From contig CAWFAD010000008.1 of assembly GCA_963813815.1 (NCBI GenBank), positions 1 through 64,000 on the forward strand: 64,000 nt of DNA. The letters run 5' to 3'. How positions within the stretch are numbered: the first letter of the stretch is position 1; every line of letters begins with the position of its first letter. The stretch comes from an uncultured bacterium (GTDB lineage: Bacteria > Krumholzibacteriota > Krumholzibacteriia > Krumholzibacteriales > Krumholzibacteriaceae). Position numbers and translations under genes: made by a program. This document shows positions 47,639 to 58,177 of this stretch, in pieces. The notes beneath the pieces are model-generated. The model did not search any database and was not told the DNA's origin. It saw only the letters and a program-made list of their open reading frames with translations.

Positions 47639-49645
47639 TCATGGCTTTTGACAATCACGCAGCAGCACCGCGAGCTCCGGGTCGTCCGGGACCGAGGAGA
47701 GGCCGACCGTTAGCAGCCTCAGCGCGTCGTCCTTTCTCTTGTCCCGTATCAGCAGGCGGACCACCTCCGCGAGCGCTTTGCCGTTCGATCGATCGAGCTC
47801 GAGCGCGCGAGCGTAGAGGGGAAGCGCTTCGGCTACCCGGTTGGCGCGTAGCATAAGCTTCCCGAGCGCGAGCTGATACTTCGCCTCGTTTGGATTCTGG
47901 AGAATGAGCCGATTCAGAATGTCGAATGCGTCGTCGACCTCGCCGAGCTGATCGAGGGTGACCGCGAGATACCACCGGGCCGTTTCGGCGTTGGGATCGG
48001 CTGCCGCCGCCTCCCTGAAGCACGGAAGCGCCCCGGAGTAATTCCGCTGCTGAAAGCGAACGTATCCGAGCGAGTACATGAAAGTCGAAAAGAACGGCCG
48101 CTTCGATTTCCCGGCGCGCTCCTTCGCCTCGGCGAGCATGCTCTCCGCCTCCGCGTACCGCCCCTGCTTGGCGAGGGCCATGCCCGCGTAGCCGTATCCC
48201 TGCACGTGCAGTCTGTCCACGTTGGGCGGCGTTTGCCAAACGAGCAGGACGCCGCAGACGAGGACCGCGGCGGCGAGCGCGAAGCGCCTGATGTGTCCGG
48301 CCCTCCATTGCCGGTAGAGCCACTCGGCCGCGTGGCTTCCGAGCACAATGAGCGCCATGACGGCGGCAATGCGAAAGCGAGCGTTCGTGAAAAACACGAC
48401 GCTGATCGCCATATAGACGCACACGGTGCCCCACAGGGGGAAGTGAGCGCCCGGTCGGCGGAAGCACAGCAGCATGCCGAGAAGTCCAAGGGGGCCGACG
48501 AGCCAGAACCCGATGGGCATGAAGCGAGTAACCGAGCCGTACCGCTCGGTGATGAATGCGATATCCTGATCATTCGGAATTTCGTCCCGGCCCCAAAAGA
48601 AAAGGAGCTTCCGCAGCATTCTGCCGAACGCCTCGCGGGGGTTTGCCTCGATATATCGAAACGTTTCGCGGACGTAGTAATCCGAAATCTCCGACGCCTT
48701 GAGGGAGCGGCCCTCGGCCCGCTCGGCCCTCTCGACCTGCGCCTCGTATCCGGCCACCAATTGGGTGGGATCGCCCGGAATAATCGCCGCCGTGCCGTCG
48801 GCGCGCGGATTGTTCCCGATGTAGAAATTCACTCCACCGTTCGCCGTGATCAGCACCGCATCGCGTCCCACCGCGTAGTTGCGGATGCTGACCGGAAGGA
48901 TGGACACCATGCATCCCGCGATGAAGCAGAGCGCATACAATCCGACGCTGCGCCATCGAGCGCGGTGCAGGAACGCGATCCATCCGAGGATCACTGGAGC
49001 AAAGATCAAAATATCCGGCCGCGTGACGGCCGACAGCCCGAGAAAGCCGCCGTTTACGAACCAGAGCGCGGCGCTCGGCCGGGATCGCGATCGGAGCAGC
49101 CCCCATACGAGGAGAAGCGTGAAGAAGATGATGAGAGTCGGGCTGAGCAGCTCCGCGTCGAAGTACGCGAGCGTCCCGTACAACGCGGCGGCGATTCCGG
49201 CAATGATGCCGGCCGTGCGGCCGAACGCGTTGCGGCCGATGACGAAGAGCAGGCCGCAGTTCGCCGCGCCGATTGCCGCCTGCGCAATCCGCGGGGCCCA
49301 AGGTCCCGTTCCGAAAAGCCGGTAGATCAAGCCCAGAAACATCGGATAGAGCGGCGGGCGGAAGTAGGGACCGGATACGAATGGCTCTCCCTTCGCCAAG
49401 GCCTCGCCCCATTGATGGTTATAGAGGGAATCCATCTCGGGACTCGCGAAATACGGGCTCCTGCGCAGCTGGTAGACGTAGACGAGCCTCAGCACGAAGG
49501 CGACGAACGCTATGGCGAGAATCCACTTGCCGTCCGGTCCCTGAATCGAGCGGAGGATTCTCGACGACGCGCTCGGCCGGGGCGGCGCAACGCGGCGCCC
49601 GGCTGTGTGCTTTGATGCCGTCTGCTTGGATACGCCTTCTCTCAT
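47639..49645 (-). CDS. GT-C/PMT-like membrane glycosyltransferase with C-terminal TPRs
   Basis: MDSLYN..FRPPLYP, GGVNFYIGNNP, ARFR; TPR tail. Confidence 0.82.
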   Translation of the reverse strand: MREGVSKQTASKHTAGRRVAPPRPSASSRILRSIQGPDGKWILAIAFVAFVLRLVYVYQLRRSPYFASPEMDSLYNHQWGEALAKGEPFVSGPYFRPPLYPMFLGLIYRLFGTGPWAPRIAQAAIGAANCGLLFVIGRNAFGRTAGIIAGIAAALYGTLAYFDAELLSPTLIIFFTLLLVWGLLRSRSRPSAALWFVNGGFLGLSAVTRPDILIFAPVILGWIAFLHRARWRSVGLYALCFIAGCMVSILPVSIRNYAVGRDAVLITANGGVNFYIGNNPRADGTAAIIPGDPTQLVAGYEAQVERAERAEGRSLKASEISDYYVRETFRYIEANPREAFGRMLRKLLFFWGRDEIPNDQDIAFITERYGSVTRFMPIGFWLVGPLGLLGMLLCFRRPGAHFPLWGTVCVYMAISVVFFTNARFRIAAVMALIVLGSHAAEWLYRQWRAGHIRRFALAAAVLVCGVLLVWQTPPNVDRLHVQGYGYAGMALAKQGRYAEAESMLAEAKERAGKSKRPFFSTFMYSLGYVRFQQRNYSGALPCFREAAAADPNAETARWYLAVTLDQLGEVDDAFDILNRLILQNPNEAKYQLALGKLMLRANRVAEALPLYARALELDRSNGKALAEVVRLLIRDKRKDDALRLLTVGLSSVPDDPELAVLLRDCQKP

Positions 49646-49981
49646 ACACCGGAGCTCCTGATGCGCGGCGAATCCCGCACGATCATCGAGGCGTCAGGGG
49701 TAAGCAGTATGCCCGCTCTGCTCGGCCGTGTCAAGGTGGGCACTGGTCGGGGTCGTGGGCGACTGCATCCAAAATCGCCGCCTCAATCGGGATTTCCGCT
49801 TGACCTTCCCCCACTACACTCCTCCACACAAAGGGTCAATTGCGGGACATCTCTCTAACCGCCGGTCGATGCCCGAGCCGCGAGGCGCTCCTCTAACCCG
49901 AACAAGCGGGGGTTGCACCCCGCCCGATTATGGATTAAACTGTTAGGTAATTGCTATCATTGAAAACTTCGGGAGGTTCCC

Positions 49982-51145
49982 ATGATTATCGCCAAACGCA
50001 AGCGGTTGGCGTTGATAACCGCGGCCGTATTCGTCGTCCTGATTGTGAGCGGCATCGTCGGGTTCCGCGTGGCCGTCAGGGCTCTGAAGGGTAAGGTCGT
50101 GGAGGCCCTGGGGCCGAACAGCGAGATCAGGGACATTCGGTTGGGCTGGTCCAGCGTGAACATCGAGGGGTTGAGGATCAAGGGACCGAGCTGGTGGCCT
50201 GATGCCGAAGTGTTGCAGGCGGAGCGCGTGGCCGTTGTCCCCAGCCTGCGCAGCCTTTTCTCCCGGCAATACCGGGTCCGCTCCATCACTATCGTCAAGC
50301 CCTATGTTTCGGCACTCCGAACCAAGGAAGGGAAATTGCTGATTCTCCCCGGTCTGCTGACAAAGGAGGCCGACGAAGGCCAAGCGGATACCCTCTCGCG
50401 CCCCGCCGCTGCCTACTCGACAGTATCCATCGGCCGTATCACTCTCAAGGATGGGATCGTGGAACTGTACGATGCCACGGTGACCCAGCCTCCGTTGAAG
50501 ATCCGGCTCGAGCAGATCAAGGCCACCATGCGGAACATGGCCGTACCGGGGCTCAAAGGGAAGAGCCGTTTCGAACTCGCGGGCGTCGTAAAGGGCGCCC
50601 AGCGGGACGGGCAGATCAAAATGGCGGGGTGGGTCGAGGTGGGCACCAGGAACTCCTCGGTGAAGACGGAGCTCCGGTCCGTGGACCTCGTGGTGCTCCA
50701 GCCCTATCTCATCAAGGCCGGCGAGAAGGGCGTTCAGAAGGGCACCTTCGACCTCGATCTGCAATCGGACGTGAGCAATAACCAGCTGAAAGCTCCCGGG
50801 AAGGCCACGATCTCGGATATGGAGCTCGTCCAGGCCGAGGGCGGCTTCGACACGTTCATGGGTCTTCCCCGTCGGGCCGTGTTGGCCTTCCTGTTGCGCA
50901 ATGAAAATAGGATCACGGTGGATTTTGTCCTGGAAGGGGACATCAATAGTCCCGAGTTCTCCCTCAACCAGACCTTCACCACGCGGTTGGCGTTCGCAAT
51001 GGCGAAGGTCCTTGGGCTCGACTTCAGCGGAATTGTGCAAGGCGTGGGTACGCTGGGACAAAAGGGCGGGGAAGCGGTGGGCCAGGCGGCGAAGAGCACG
51101 GGGGGCTGGCTGCAACGGCTTTTCGGGGGCAAGAAGAAGCCTTAG
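49982..51145 (+). CDS. DUF748/AsmA-like protein
   Basis: N-terminal anchor, beta-taco-like repeats, DFVLEGDINSPEFS. Confidence 0.75.
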   Translation: MIIAKRKRLALITAAVFVVLIVSGIVGFRVAVRALKGKVVEALGPNSEIRDIRLGWSSVNIEGLRIKGPSWWPDAEVLQAERVAVVPSLRSLFSRQYRVRSITIVKPYVSALRTKEGKLLILPGLLTKEADEGQADTLSRPAAAYSTVSIGRITLKDGIVELYDATVTQPPLKIRLEQIKATMRNMAVPGLKGKSRFELAGVVKGAQRDGQIKMAGWVEVGTRNSSVKTELRSVDLVVLQPYLIKAGEKGVQKGTFDLDLQSDVSNNQLKAPGKATISDMELVQAEGGFDTFMGLPRRAVLAFLLRNENRITVDFVLEGDINSPEFSLNQTFTTRLAFAMAKVLGLDFSGIVQGVGTLGQKGGEAVGQAAKSTGGWLQRLFGGKKKP

Positions 51146-51161
51146 GCTATTGAGGCCTGCA

Positions 51162-51818
51162 ATGGCAAAGATTCTAATCCTGCTGATTGAAGACAACCGC
51201 TTTCTGCGGGAAGGCATCGCCGCCATGCTCAATAGTGAGAACGATATCGAAGTCGTCGCGCGAGCCGAAGACGGCGATGCGGTGCGTGAGCTGAAGAGCA
51301 TGAAAAAGCCCCCTGACATCATCCTCTTGGATCTTGGGCTGGAAAAGGAAAACAGCCTGAGACTGATGAACATGTTGCAGGAAGAAGCGCCGTCGGCGCG
51401 GATCATCGCCATGGATATATTCCCTGAGCAGATCGACATCGTCGAGTTCGTGAAATCCGGCGGCAGCGGCTTCATCCTCAAGAATGCCCCGTCGAAAGAT
51501 TACATTAAGACCATCAGGACCGTCGCGGCAGGTTCAAAGGTGCTTCCGCCGGCTTTGACCAATTCGCTTTTCACACAGATCATCGAATCCGCGCTCAAAA
51601 CAGGCAACGGCATCCCCAACAGCTCAATAGTTTTGACCAATCGTGAACGAGAGGTTATCGCCCTGATTTCCGAAGGCATGAGCAACAAAGAAATCGCCGA
51701 GCGGCTTCATGTCGCTACATATACCGTAAAGAGCCATATACACAATGTTCTGGAAAAGCTGTCGCTTCACACCCGGCTGCAAATAGCGGCCTTCGTCCGC
51801 AGGGAAGAATCCGAATGA
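51162..51818 (+). CDS. NarL/LuxR-family response regulator
   Basis: IEDNRFLREG, ILLDLGL, LTNREREV..GMSNKEIA..TVKSHIHN. Confidence 0.92.
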   Translation: MAKILILLIEDNRFLREGIAAMLNSENDIEVVARAEDGDAVRELKSMKKPPDIILLDLGLEKENSLRLMNMLQEEAPSARIIAMDIFPEQIDIVEFVKSGGSGFILKNAPSKDYIKTIRTVAAGSKVLPPALTNSLFTQIIESALKTGNGIPNSSIVLTNREREVIALISEGMSNKEIAERLHVATYTVKSHIHNVLEKLSLHTRLQIAAFVRREESE

Positions 51819-51856
51819 CCGAATTCGGATCTTGATTTCCCATAAAGCGATACATT

Positions 51857-51881
51857 GGACTAGCTCCGGAGGACTAGCTCC
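51857..51881. promoter_or_regulatory. Direct repeat, candidate NarL-type binding site
   Basis: GGACTAGCTCC-GGA-GGACTAGCTCC, containing CTAG-N10-CTAG. Confidence 0.5.
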
Positions 51882-52036
51882 TTTTCCATCCCTTGGAGCG
51901 ATTCACTCGCTGAGGGTTCCCGAGTACACTTCCTTCAAAGAACACTACACCGGACAATATTCCGAAAGGAGCGTTGATGCATTGCTGCGGAGCGGGTAAC
52001 CATTCAGCTCGGTTTCACGCCACGAAAGGGGCAGAT

Positions 52037-52471
52037 ATGTTCAAGCGAACGTCATTACTAGTTGTCGTCATGATGTGTGCCCTTGCTCATGCCGGACTGG
52101 CGGCAGAACAGGACAATGTTCAGAAATACTTCAACGACGCTGCGTGCAAAGTGAAGGCGGCGACCGATCCGTCGCAGAAGCGCGAGATTCTCGAAAACAA
52201 GATCGAGGATATGTCCAAGGCGTTGGGCATGGTTCGGAACTCGCGACTCGTTTCGCAAGCCGATCGCGCGGGCCTTGATCGTCTCGGCGCCTCCCTTCAG
52301 GAGAAACGGGACGAGCTCGCGGGTACGAACGGCTACGCGCGCGTTGCCGATGATCAACTCAACGCGTTCTCCGAATACGTCGTGCAGGACATGGAGCAGG
52401 CAGACAGGACGATAACCCTCAGCGTCGTCACGGCGCTCTTGATCATAATCATCATAATCCTTGTCGCCTGA
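52037..52471 (+). CDS. Secreted protein with a hydrophobic C-terminal anchor
   Basis: Signal peptide; helical core; ends VVTALLIIIIIILVA. Confidence 0.75.
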   Translation: MFKRTSLLVVVMMCALAHAGLAAEQDNVQKYFNDAACKVKAATDPSQKREILENKIEDMSKALGMVRNSRLVSQADRAGLDRLGASLQEKRDELAGTNGYARVADDQLNAFSEYVVQDMEQADRTITLSVVTALLIIIIIILVA

Positions 52472-52505
52472 TCTCTCTCTTCCGCGAGGATTTCGTGTGT
52501 TTGGT

Positions 52506-53627
52506 ATGAATGGCTTGTCCAATGGATTTTCTGCGAGCGCCCCACAGGCACAATCGACGCCCGTGGCGCGTTTCGCCTGTGTGGCGCTCACTTTGTTTCT
52601 CTTTTCGTGCAGCTCCGTTCCTCCTGCCCGCCGCGCGGCTTCGCCGGCAGATTATGGCGGGCTCCCCCCGCGCTACTCGATCGTATGCATCATTCATGGC
52701 GATGGCAACTATCTCTATCATGATGCCCGTGGCGACGCGCTCAGCGCGGATGAGGTGACTCTCGCAAAAGCGATAACAGTCGCGGAACGCAACGCGCAGG
52801 CAGAGATGTTCATTTTTCATGAAAGACGCAGAAACAATCTCTTGCTGTTCTTTCCTCGTCGCGACGGAACGTTTTATTACTACCGGAACGGCTTCCTCCT
52901 CGCCGAGGAATCGTACTGGCGGGATCAGGGAGCATTGCGTTTCGATCCTGAAATGGAGCTTTATAACCGCTTCCGCGCGGAGGGCTCACCTGATCCGATG
53001 AGATTATTCCTGTATTTCGGTCATGAAATCCCCGAGCTCGGCGGAGCCGGTTACGATGCGTCGTACAAGAGCCGAACGTTCAGCGTGGACGACCTCGCGG
53101 ACGGATTGAAACGCGTCGCCCGCGATTCCACGAAGATCGATCTCGTCGTGCTTTCTGCATGTTTCAGCGGCACGCCGCGCACGCTGGCCGCGATTGCTCC
53201 CTACGCGCGATACGTCATCGCTTCTCCCGACAATCTTCACCTCTCATACTTCGATCTCCGCCCCTTGGAGCAATTGGATATCGGCCTGCGGGGGGAAGAC
53301 GTGTCCGAATTTGCCGATGCATTCGCTCGCCATGCGTTCGACAGGCTGACGGAGGATACACAGACAGCGGTCAGCGTTGTCGTATACGATGTGGATCGCG
53401 TTCGCGGATTCGTGCGCTCCGTGGACAGTGTCTACGATCATGCCATGGCCACATTGAAGGGGAAACCACCGGCATCCATCGAGCGCTGCGATTGCGCGGA
53501 TGATCCCGCATATATGATGCCGGGGCTCAATGAGGGAATAACTGTGCTCTATCGCGCGCCACGTTTTGGACGCTTGCAGCACAAACAAAGCCATTCGGGA
53601 TGGGAATGTTGGAGGCTTGTGAATTGA
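52506..53627 (+). CDS. Probable lipoprotein, clostripain/caspase-fold peptidase-like
   Basis: LFLFSC lipobox-like; LYFGHE and VVLSACF (His-Cys dyad pattern), YVIASP. Confidence 0.55.
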   Translation: MNGLSNGFSASAPQAQSTPVARFACVALTLFLFSCSSVPPARRAASPADYGGLPPRYSIVCIIHGDGNYLYHDARGDALSADEVTLAKAITVAERNAQAEMFIFHERRRNNLLLFFPRRDGTFYYYRNGFLLAEESYWRDQGALRFDPEMELYNRFRAEGSPDPMRLFLYFGHEIPELGGAGYDASYKSRTFSVDDLADGLKRVARDSTKIDLVVLSACFSGTPRTLAAIAPYARYVIASPDNLHLSYFDLRPLEQLDIGLRGEDVSEFADAFARHAFDRLTEDTQTAVSVVVYDVDRVRGFVRSVDSVYDHAMATLKGKPPASIERCDCADDPAYMMPGLNEGITVLYRAPRFGRLQHKQSHSGWECWRLVN

Positions 53628-53641
53628 TCGAGCGCGGAAGT

Positions 53642-54361
53642 ATGCGGAACGTGAAACTGACAACACACTATTATGTCCTTTCCCTGAGCGAGCACACCAG
53701 CAGGCTCTACGAAGCATTCCGGGACACGCTTATTGATATTCAAAACAAGGAGTTCCCGATTGAATCATCGGAGGTTCCGCGCGGGCCCATCGATACGGCG
53801 CCCAACAACGGTGGATTGCCGAAATTCATCCGCACGACGGACCAGCACTTTGACCACTATTTCGGACAGGATCCGCTTCGATTGGTTGTGGTCGGCGAAA
53901 GCAAATACCTGTCCATCTTCGGGTCCGTGACATCGCATCAAGACGCGTTGATTGGCGTGGTTGAAGGCGACCATACTGCAACTTCTCCGCACGATTTGGG
54001 CAAAATCGTATGGCCAATCGTCAAGGAGGTTATAGCGGGCACACGTAAAAACGCGATGCACGACTTGGAAGCGGCAGAAAACTCGCGGAACGTCGTTTCC
54101 GGAATCGATGCGGTGGCACATTCGGCGGGCTCGGGGAAAGGCGACACCTTGTATGTCGAGGAAGATTATCATATAAAGGGCGGCATTCGCGAAACGGATC
54201 ATTCGCTTATTCGGCCAAAGGATTTAGATATACAAGAGGCAATCGATGACGCCGTGGATGCCATTATCGCAAAGGTGCTGGAAGAGGGTGGAAATGTAAT
54301 ATTTCTGACAAGCGGTTCGCTGGCAAGGCTCCAGAGAATCGCTCTCGTTCTAGGTGGCTGA
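53642..54361 (+). CDS. baeRF3-like release factor family protein, apparently N-terminally short
   Basis: YYVLSLSEHTSRLYE, PLRLVVVG, TLYVEEDY, DDAVDAIIAKVLEEGGNV, RIALVL. Confidence 0.65.
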   Translation: MRNVKLTTHYYVLSLSEHTSRLYEAFRDTLIDIQNKEFPIESSEVPRGPIDTAPNNGGLPKFIRTTDQHFDHYFGQDPLRLVVVGESKYLSIFGSVTSHQDALIGVVEGDHTATSPHDLGKIVWPIVKEVIAGTRKNAMHDLEAAENSRNVVSGIDAVAHSAGSGKGDTLYVEEDYHIKGGIRETDHSLIRPKDLDIQEAIDDAVDAIIAKVLEEGGNVIFLTSGSLARLQRIALVLGG

Positions 54362-54405
54362 TTGCCCATTCGCAACGAGGATATCGATAGGGAGGTGACG
54401 CAGAA

Positions 54406-54552
54406 ATGCTTTGGACTATAGGAATCATTCTATTAATTCTCTGGCTACTCGGGTTGATCACCGCGCACACGTTCGGCGGGGTCATTCACGCTCTCCTGGT
54501 CATCGCGCTCGTGGTGATTATCATCCGTGTCCTTCAAGGTCGGCGCCTGTAG
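54406..54552 (+). CDS. lmo0937-family small membrane protein (not in the ORF track)
   Basis: MLWTIGIILLILWLLGLITAHTFGGVIHALLVIALVVIIIRVLQGRRL*; RBS GGAGG. Confidence 0.85.
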   Translation: MLWTIGIILLILWLLGLITAHTFGGVIHALLVIALVVIIIRVLQGRRL

Positions 54553-54599
54553 CGCATCCGAGATACTCTTGGAGAGGAGATAATATCTTGTGCAAGAAC

Positions 54600-55139
54600 A
54601 TGAAGAAAGTGTCGCTGATGCTGGGGCTGGCCGCATTGATGGCCACCCAGGTGCACGCACAGAGCATAGGCATCGGCCCGCAGGTCGGCTATTTTCGAGC
54701 CAAGGATGCCGATGAGGGCAATTTTACGGGTGGAGCGGCCCTTCGGCTGAAAATGACTCCGTTTCTCGGCGTCGAGGCGTCCATCGGCTATCGTCAGGAA
54801 CAATATGCGGATGACCTCTTGACGGTTCGCAGCTGGCCGGTGATGATAACTGGTTTGATTTATCCGCTCCCCATAATCTACGGGGCCATGGGCTTCGGCT
54901 GGTACAACACAACGTTCGATTATGACCAGGTCAGCCTGCCGCTTCTCAAAGATGATACGGTGCAGAAAGTCGGCTGGCATTTCGGCGGCGGCATGGAACT
55001 GCCCATCGGAACAAAGATCAAGCTGACGACCGACATTCGCTATGTCTTCCTGGATTACGATTTTGAGGAAGTCCCGGGCAGCGGTGACATGAGCAGCAAT
55101 TTCTATGTTATCACCGCCGGAATACTATTCGCTTTATAA
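54600..55139 (+). CDS. OmpA-like outer-membrane beta-barrel protein
   Basis: Signal peptide; GWHFGGGME; terminal strand ITAGILFAL. Confidence 0.82.
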   Translation: MKKVSLMLGLAALMATQVHAQSIGIGPQVGYFRAKDADEGNFTGGAALRLKMTPFLGVEASIGYRQEQYADDLLTVRSWPVMITGLIYPLPIIYGAMGFGWYNTTFDYDQVSLPLLKDDTVQKVGWHFGGGMELPIGTKIKLTTDIRYVFLDYDFEEVPGSGDMSSNFYVITAGILFAL

Positions 55140-55161
55140 TATCTATTCAGGAGGACATGAT

Positions 55162-55280
55162 ATGAGGACTTCTCGGATCGCTCTTGCGACACATTCGACC
55201 TGGTCGCCGAGGTCGGTATCGGGATCAACGACGACTCGTTTACCTCTGTGGGCGCTGGCATCACGTATTACGTCCATTGA
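55162..55280 (+). pseudogene. Internally deleted outer-membrane protein remnant
   Basis: RBS plus MRTSRIALAT, joined out of frame to FDLVAEVGIGINDDSFTSVGAGITYYVH*. Confidence 0.45.
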
Positions 55281-55300
55281 TAGCGAGAGGAGATGATTCA

Positions 55301-55522
55301 ATGAGTGGAGCAAAGATCCTGGCACTCGTGTTGATCGTGGCCGGCATCATCGGTCTCATGTATGGCAAGTTCGGCTGCGCCAAGGAGACCCACAAAGCCG
55401 ACCTGGGCTCGATTCAGCTTTCGGTTAAGGAAGAGCGCTCCGTCAACATCCCCCTCTGGGCTGGCGTTGGGATGATAGCGGTCGGGGGTGTTCTTCTGAT
55501 TGTGCCGCGCAAGAAGAGCTAG
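55301..55522 (+). CDS. Small two-TM protein
   Basis: LIVAGIIGLMYG..KETHKADLG..VNIPLWAG. Confidence 0.75.
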   Translation: MSGAKILALVLIVAGIIGLMYGKFGCAKETHKADLGSIQLSVKEERSVNIPLWAGVGMIAVGGVLLIVPRKKS

Positions 55523-55687
55523 TTCTTGCTGTTAGTGCCAAATGGGGGAACTCTCTTGCATATTAGGCGCGATCGTTGACGCGATTTCAATCAGCTGCTA
55601 CCACGCAGGGAACCAGCCGCAGTGGCCGACCCAGGACGCGTGGAGCCCGGTTCGGGCATCGCCCGTAACACGTAGGAGGTAAGACGA

Positions 55688-56047
55688 ATGAGATGGAACG
55701 CACTGCTCTTGGCTATCATCGCGGGTGTTTTCGCTTTCACGGTCCAATCTTGTGCCGTTGGATACCAAGGCCCGCCGCGTGCGGCAGCGCACGGTTACGT
55801 CGTGGTCCACCAGGAAAGGGAACTCGTTTTCGACTCGACGCTCGGATTGTATATCGTCACTGGCTACCCCAGCTTGTACTACTATGGGGGGTACTACTAC
55901 CGCGTGTACAGCGGAGGTCGTTTTGCGAGGTGCAGGACGATCAGCGGGGCCTGGAAATCGATCAGCCCTTCGAGATTGCCGCCGGGTCTCGCGAAGAAGT
56001 ACGGCGCGCACCCGGGCAAGCATCGCGGCAAGAGGCACAACAACTAA
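55688..56047 (+). CDS. Small lipoprotein with a PPGLAKK motif
   Basis: VQSC lipobox; LPPGLAKK; RBS AGGAGG. Confidence 0.75.
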   Translation: MRWNALLLAIIAGVFAFTVQSCAVGYQGPPRAAAHGYVVVHQERELVFDSTLGLYIVTGYPSLYYYGGYYYRVYSGGRFARCRTISGAWKSISPSRLPPGLAKKYGAHPGKHRGKRHNN

Positions 56048-56208
56048 CCCACCGCGCAGGCAACTTCGCCGTGCCGGCCTGCGTTCGTCGTGCGTGAAGA
56101 CGCCCGTCGCGCTGGGACGATCTGTGATCCGCTAATCGCCCAGTGTGACGGGCTCTTCGATTGTTGGAAGAGAAACGTAAGCTTCCCCGTCAAGTAGACA
56201 ACGCCAAA

Positions 56209-58153
56209 GTGGACACTCGGCGAGAACCGCGAGTCCTCCCAGATGCACGTCGTGACCCGATGGGACGATGAAATTCAGACCCTGATCGCTCGAAATAGAT
56301 ACCACCCGGAGTATGGAAACCGGGTCGCCTTCGCGGCCATCAGCCCGCCGGCGGATTCGTACAACGGCGACCGCACCTCCTTCCTGGGGCGCAATCGCTC
56401 GATGCGCAATCCTGCGGCAATGGAGCGAGTGAAGCTTTCCCGACGGACGGGAGCGGGATTCGACCCATGCGCCGCGCTGCAGGTCAAGATTGAACTGGCG
56501 CCCGGCGGGCGAGCCGATGTCACGTGCATGCTGGGCCAAGCCGAGTCGATTGATGAGGTGCACGAGCTGGTTCGAACCTACCGGGAAAGCTCGGCTCTCG
56601 AAGACGCTCTCAACAAAACGAAAAGCTGGTGGGACGATCTGCTGGGCGCGATCGAGGTGCATACCCCCGAGCTCGCGGCGGATTTCCTCGTGAACCGCTG
56701 GCTGCTGTACCGGGACCTCAGCTGCCGGATCTGGGGGCGCACGGCTTTCTACCAATCGGGCGGCGCGTTCGGATTCCGCGACCAATTGCAGGACATCACG
56801 GCCTTCGTCTATGCGTATCCCGAGCCGGCGCGGGAGCACATCCTGCTCGCGGCGAGCCGCCAGTTCAAGGAAGGCGATGTCCAGCACTGGTGGCATCCGC
56901 CGAACGGCGCGGGAATCCGTTCGCGGATCTCCGATGATCTCCTGTGGCTTCCATACGCTGTCGCGCACTACGTCAGGATCACCGGCGATGTGGACATCCT
57001 GCACGCGACGGTTCCGTTCCTCAATGCTCCCGTGCTCGAAGACGGTCAACGCGAATTCCTCTCCACGCCTGAGATCGCGCGGGAACGCGCCACGCTGTTT
57101 GAGCACTGCCAGCGCGCGGTCGCGCGCGGCCTGACTTTCGGGCCCACAGGGCTGCCCCTGATGGGAACGGGCGACTGGAACGACGGGATGAACCTCGTGG
57201 GTGCCGGGGGCAAAGGGCAGAGCATTTGGCTGGCGTGGTTCCTGGCGGATGTGCTTCAGGGCATGGCCGAGATGTCCGACTTGCTCAATCGACCGATTCT
57301 GAGCCTTACCTTCCGGCAAGACAGGAAGGCGTTGATTCAGCGTGTCGAAGAGGTTGCGTGGGACGGGCAATGGTATCTTCGGGCGATTTTCGACGACGGC
57401 ACGCCGCTCGGTTTCTCGGCGAACAAGGAAGCGAGCATCGATTCTCTGCCACAATCCTGGGCCTGGCTGAGCGGCGCCGCCGACGCAGATCGCGCCGGCA
57501 AAGCCCTGGAATCGGCGTGGACGCATCTCGTTCGCGAGGATGAAGGTTTGGTGCTGCTCCTCGAGCCTCCTTTCGACATTTCAGAGCCCTCCCCCGGCTA
57601 CATCAAGGGATACCCACCCGGGGTGCGTGAGAATGGAGGCCAATACACTCACGCCGCCCTGTGGCTCGCCATGGCGATGGCGCGTCGCGGAGACGGCGAG
57701 CGGGCGGCCAAGATTCTGCGCCTGCTCAATCCTATCGAGCAGGCACGCGATCCCGAATCGGTCTGGCGCTATGGAATCGAGCCCTATGTGATCGCCGCCG
57801 ACGTGTACCGGTTGCCCGGGCGAATCGGCCACGGAGGCTGGTCGTGGTATACCGGTGCGGCCGCGTGGATGTACCGGGCCTGGATTGAGGAAGTCCTGGG
57901 TTTGCAGGTGCGGGGGGATCGCATGCAGTTGAACCCGGTCATTCCCGGATGGTGGGACGGCTTCAGCCTGCGCTATCGTCACGGCGAAGCGATATACGAG
58001 ATCAAGGTCGAGAACCCGGAAGGGCGCCAGGGAGGCGTGTCATGGGTGGAGATGGATGGTCAGCGCTTGCCGGGCGGAGTGATTCCTCTGGACAAGGCCC
58101 TCGTGAAGCATCGTATACTCATACGTATGGGGGAGCCGCAGCAGGCGGTCTAG
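56209..58153 (+). pseudogene. 5'-truncated GH94 glucan phosphorylase domain (C-terminal part of an NdvB/Cgs-like cyclic beta-1,2-glucan synthase)
   Basis: YQSGGAFGFRDQLQD, GDVQHWWHP, GDWNDGMN, GVRENGGQYTH, WYTGAAAW; homology starts abruptly at WTLGENRE, upstream of the first ATG (56243). Confidence 0.75.
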
Positions 58154-58177
58154 GATCCGCTGCCTGCGGCTGGATAA

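Noticed and set aside
49850..49950. CTCTAAC...GTTAGGT with an internal hairpin as a possible attC
   Set aside because: Single copy, poor pairing between the ends, and it does not follow a co-oriented ORF.
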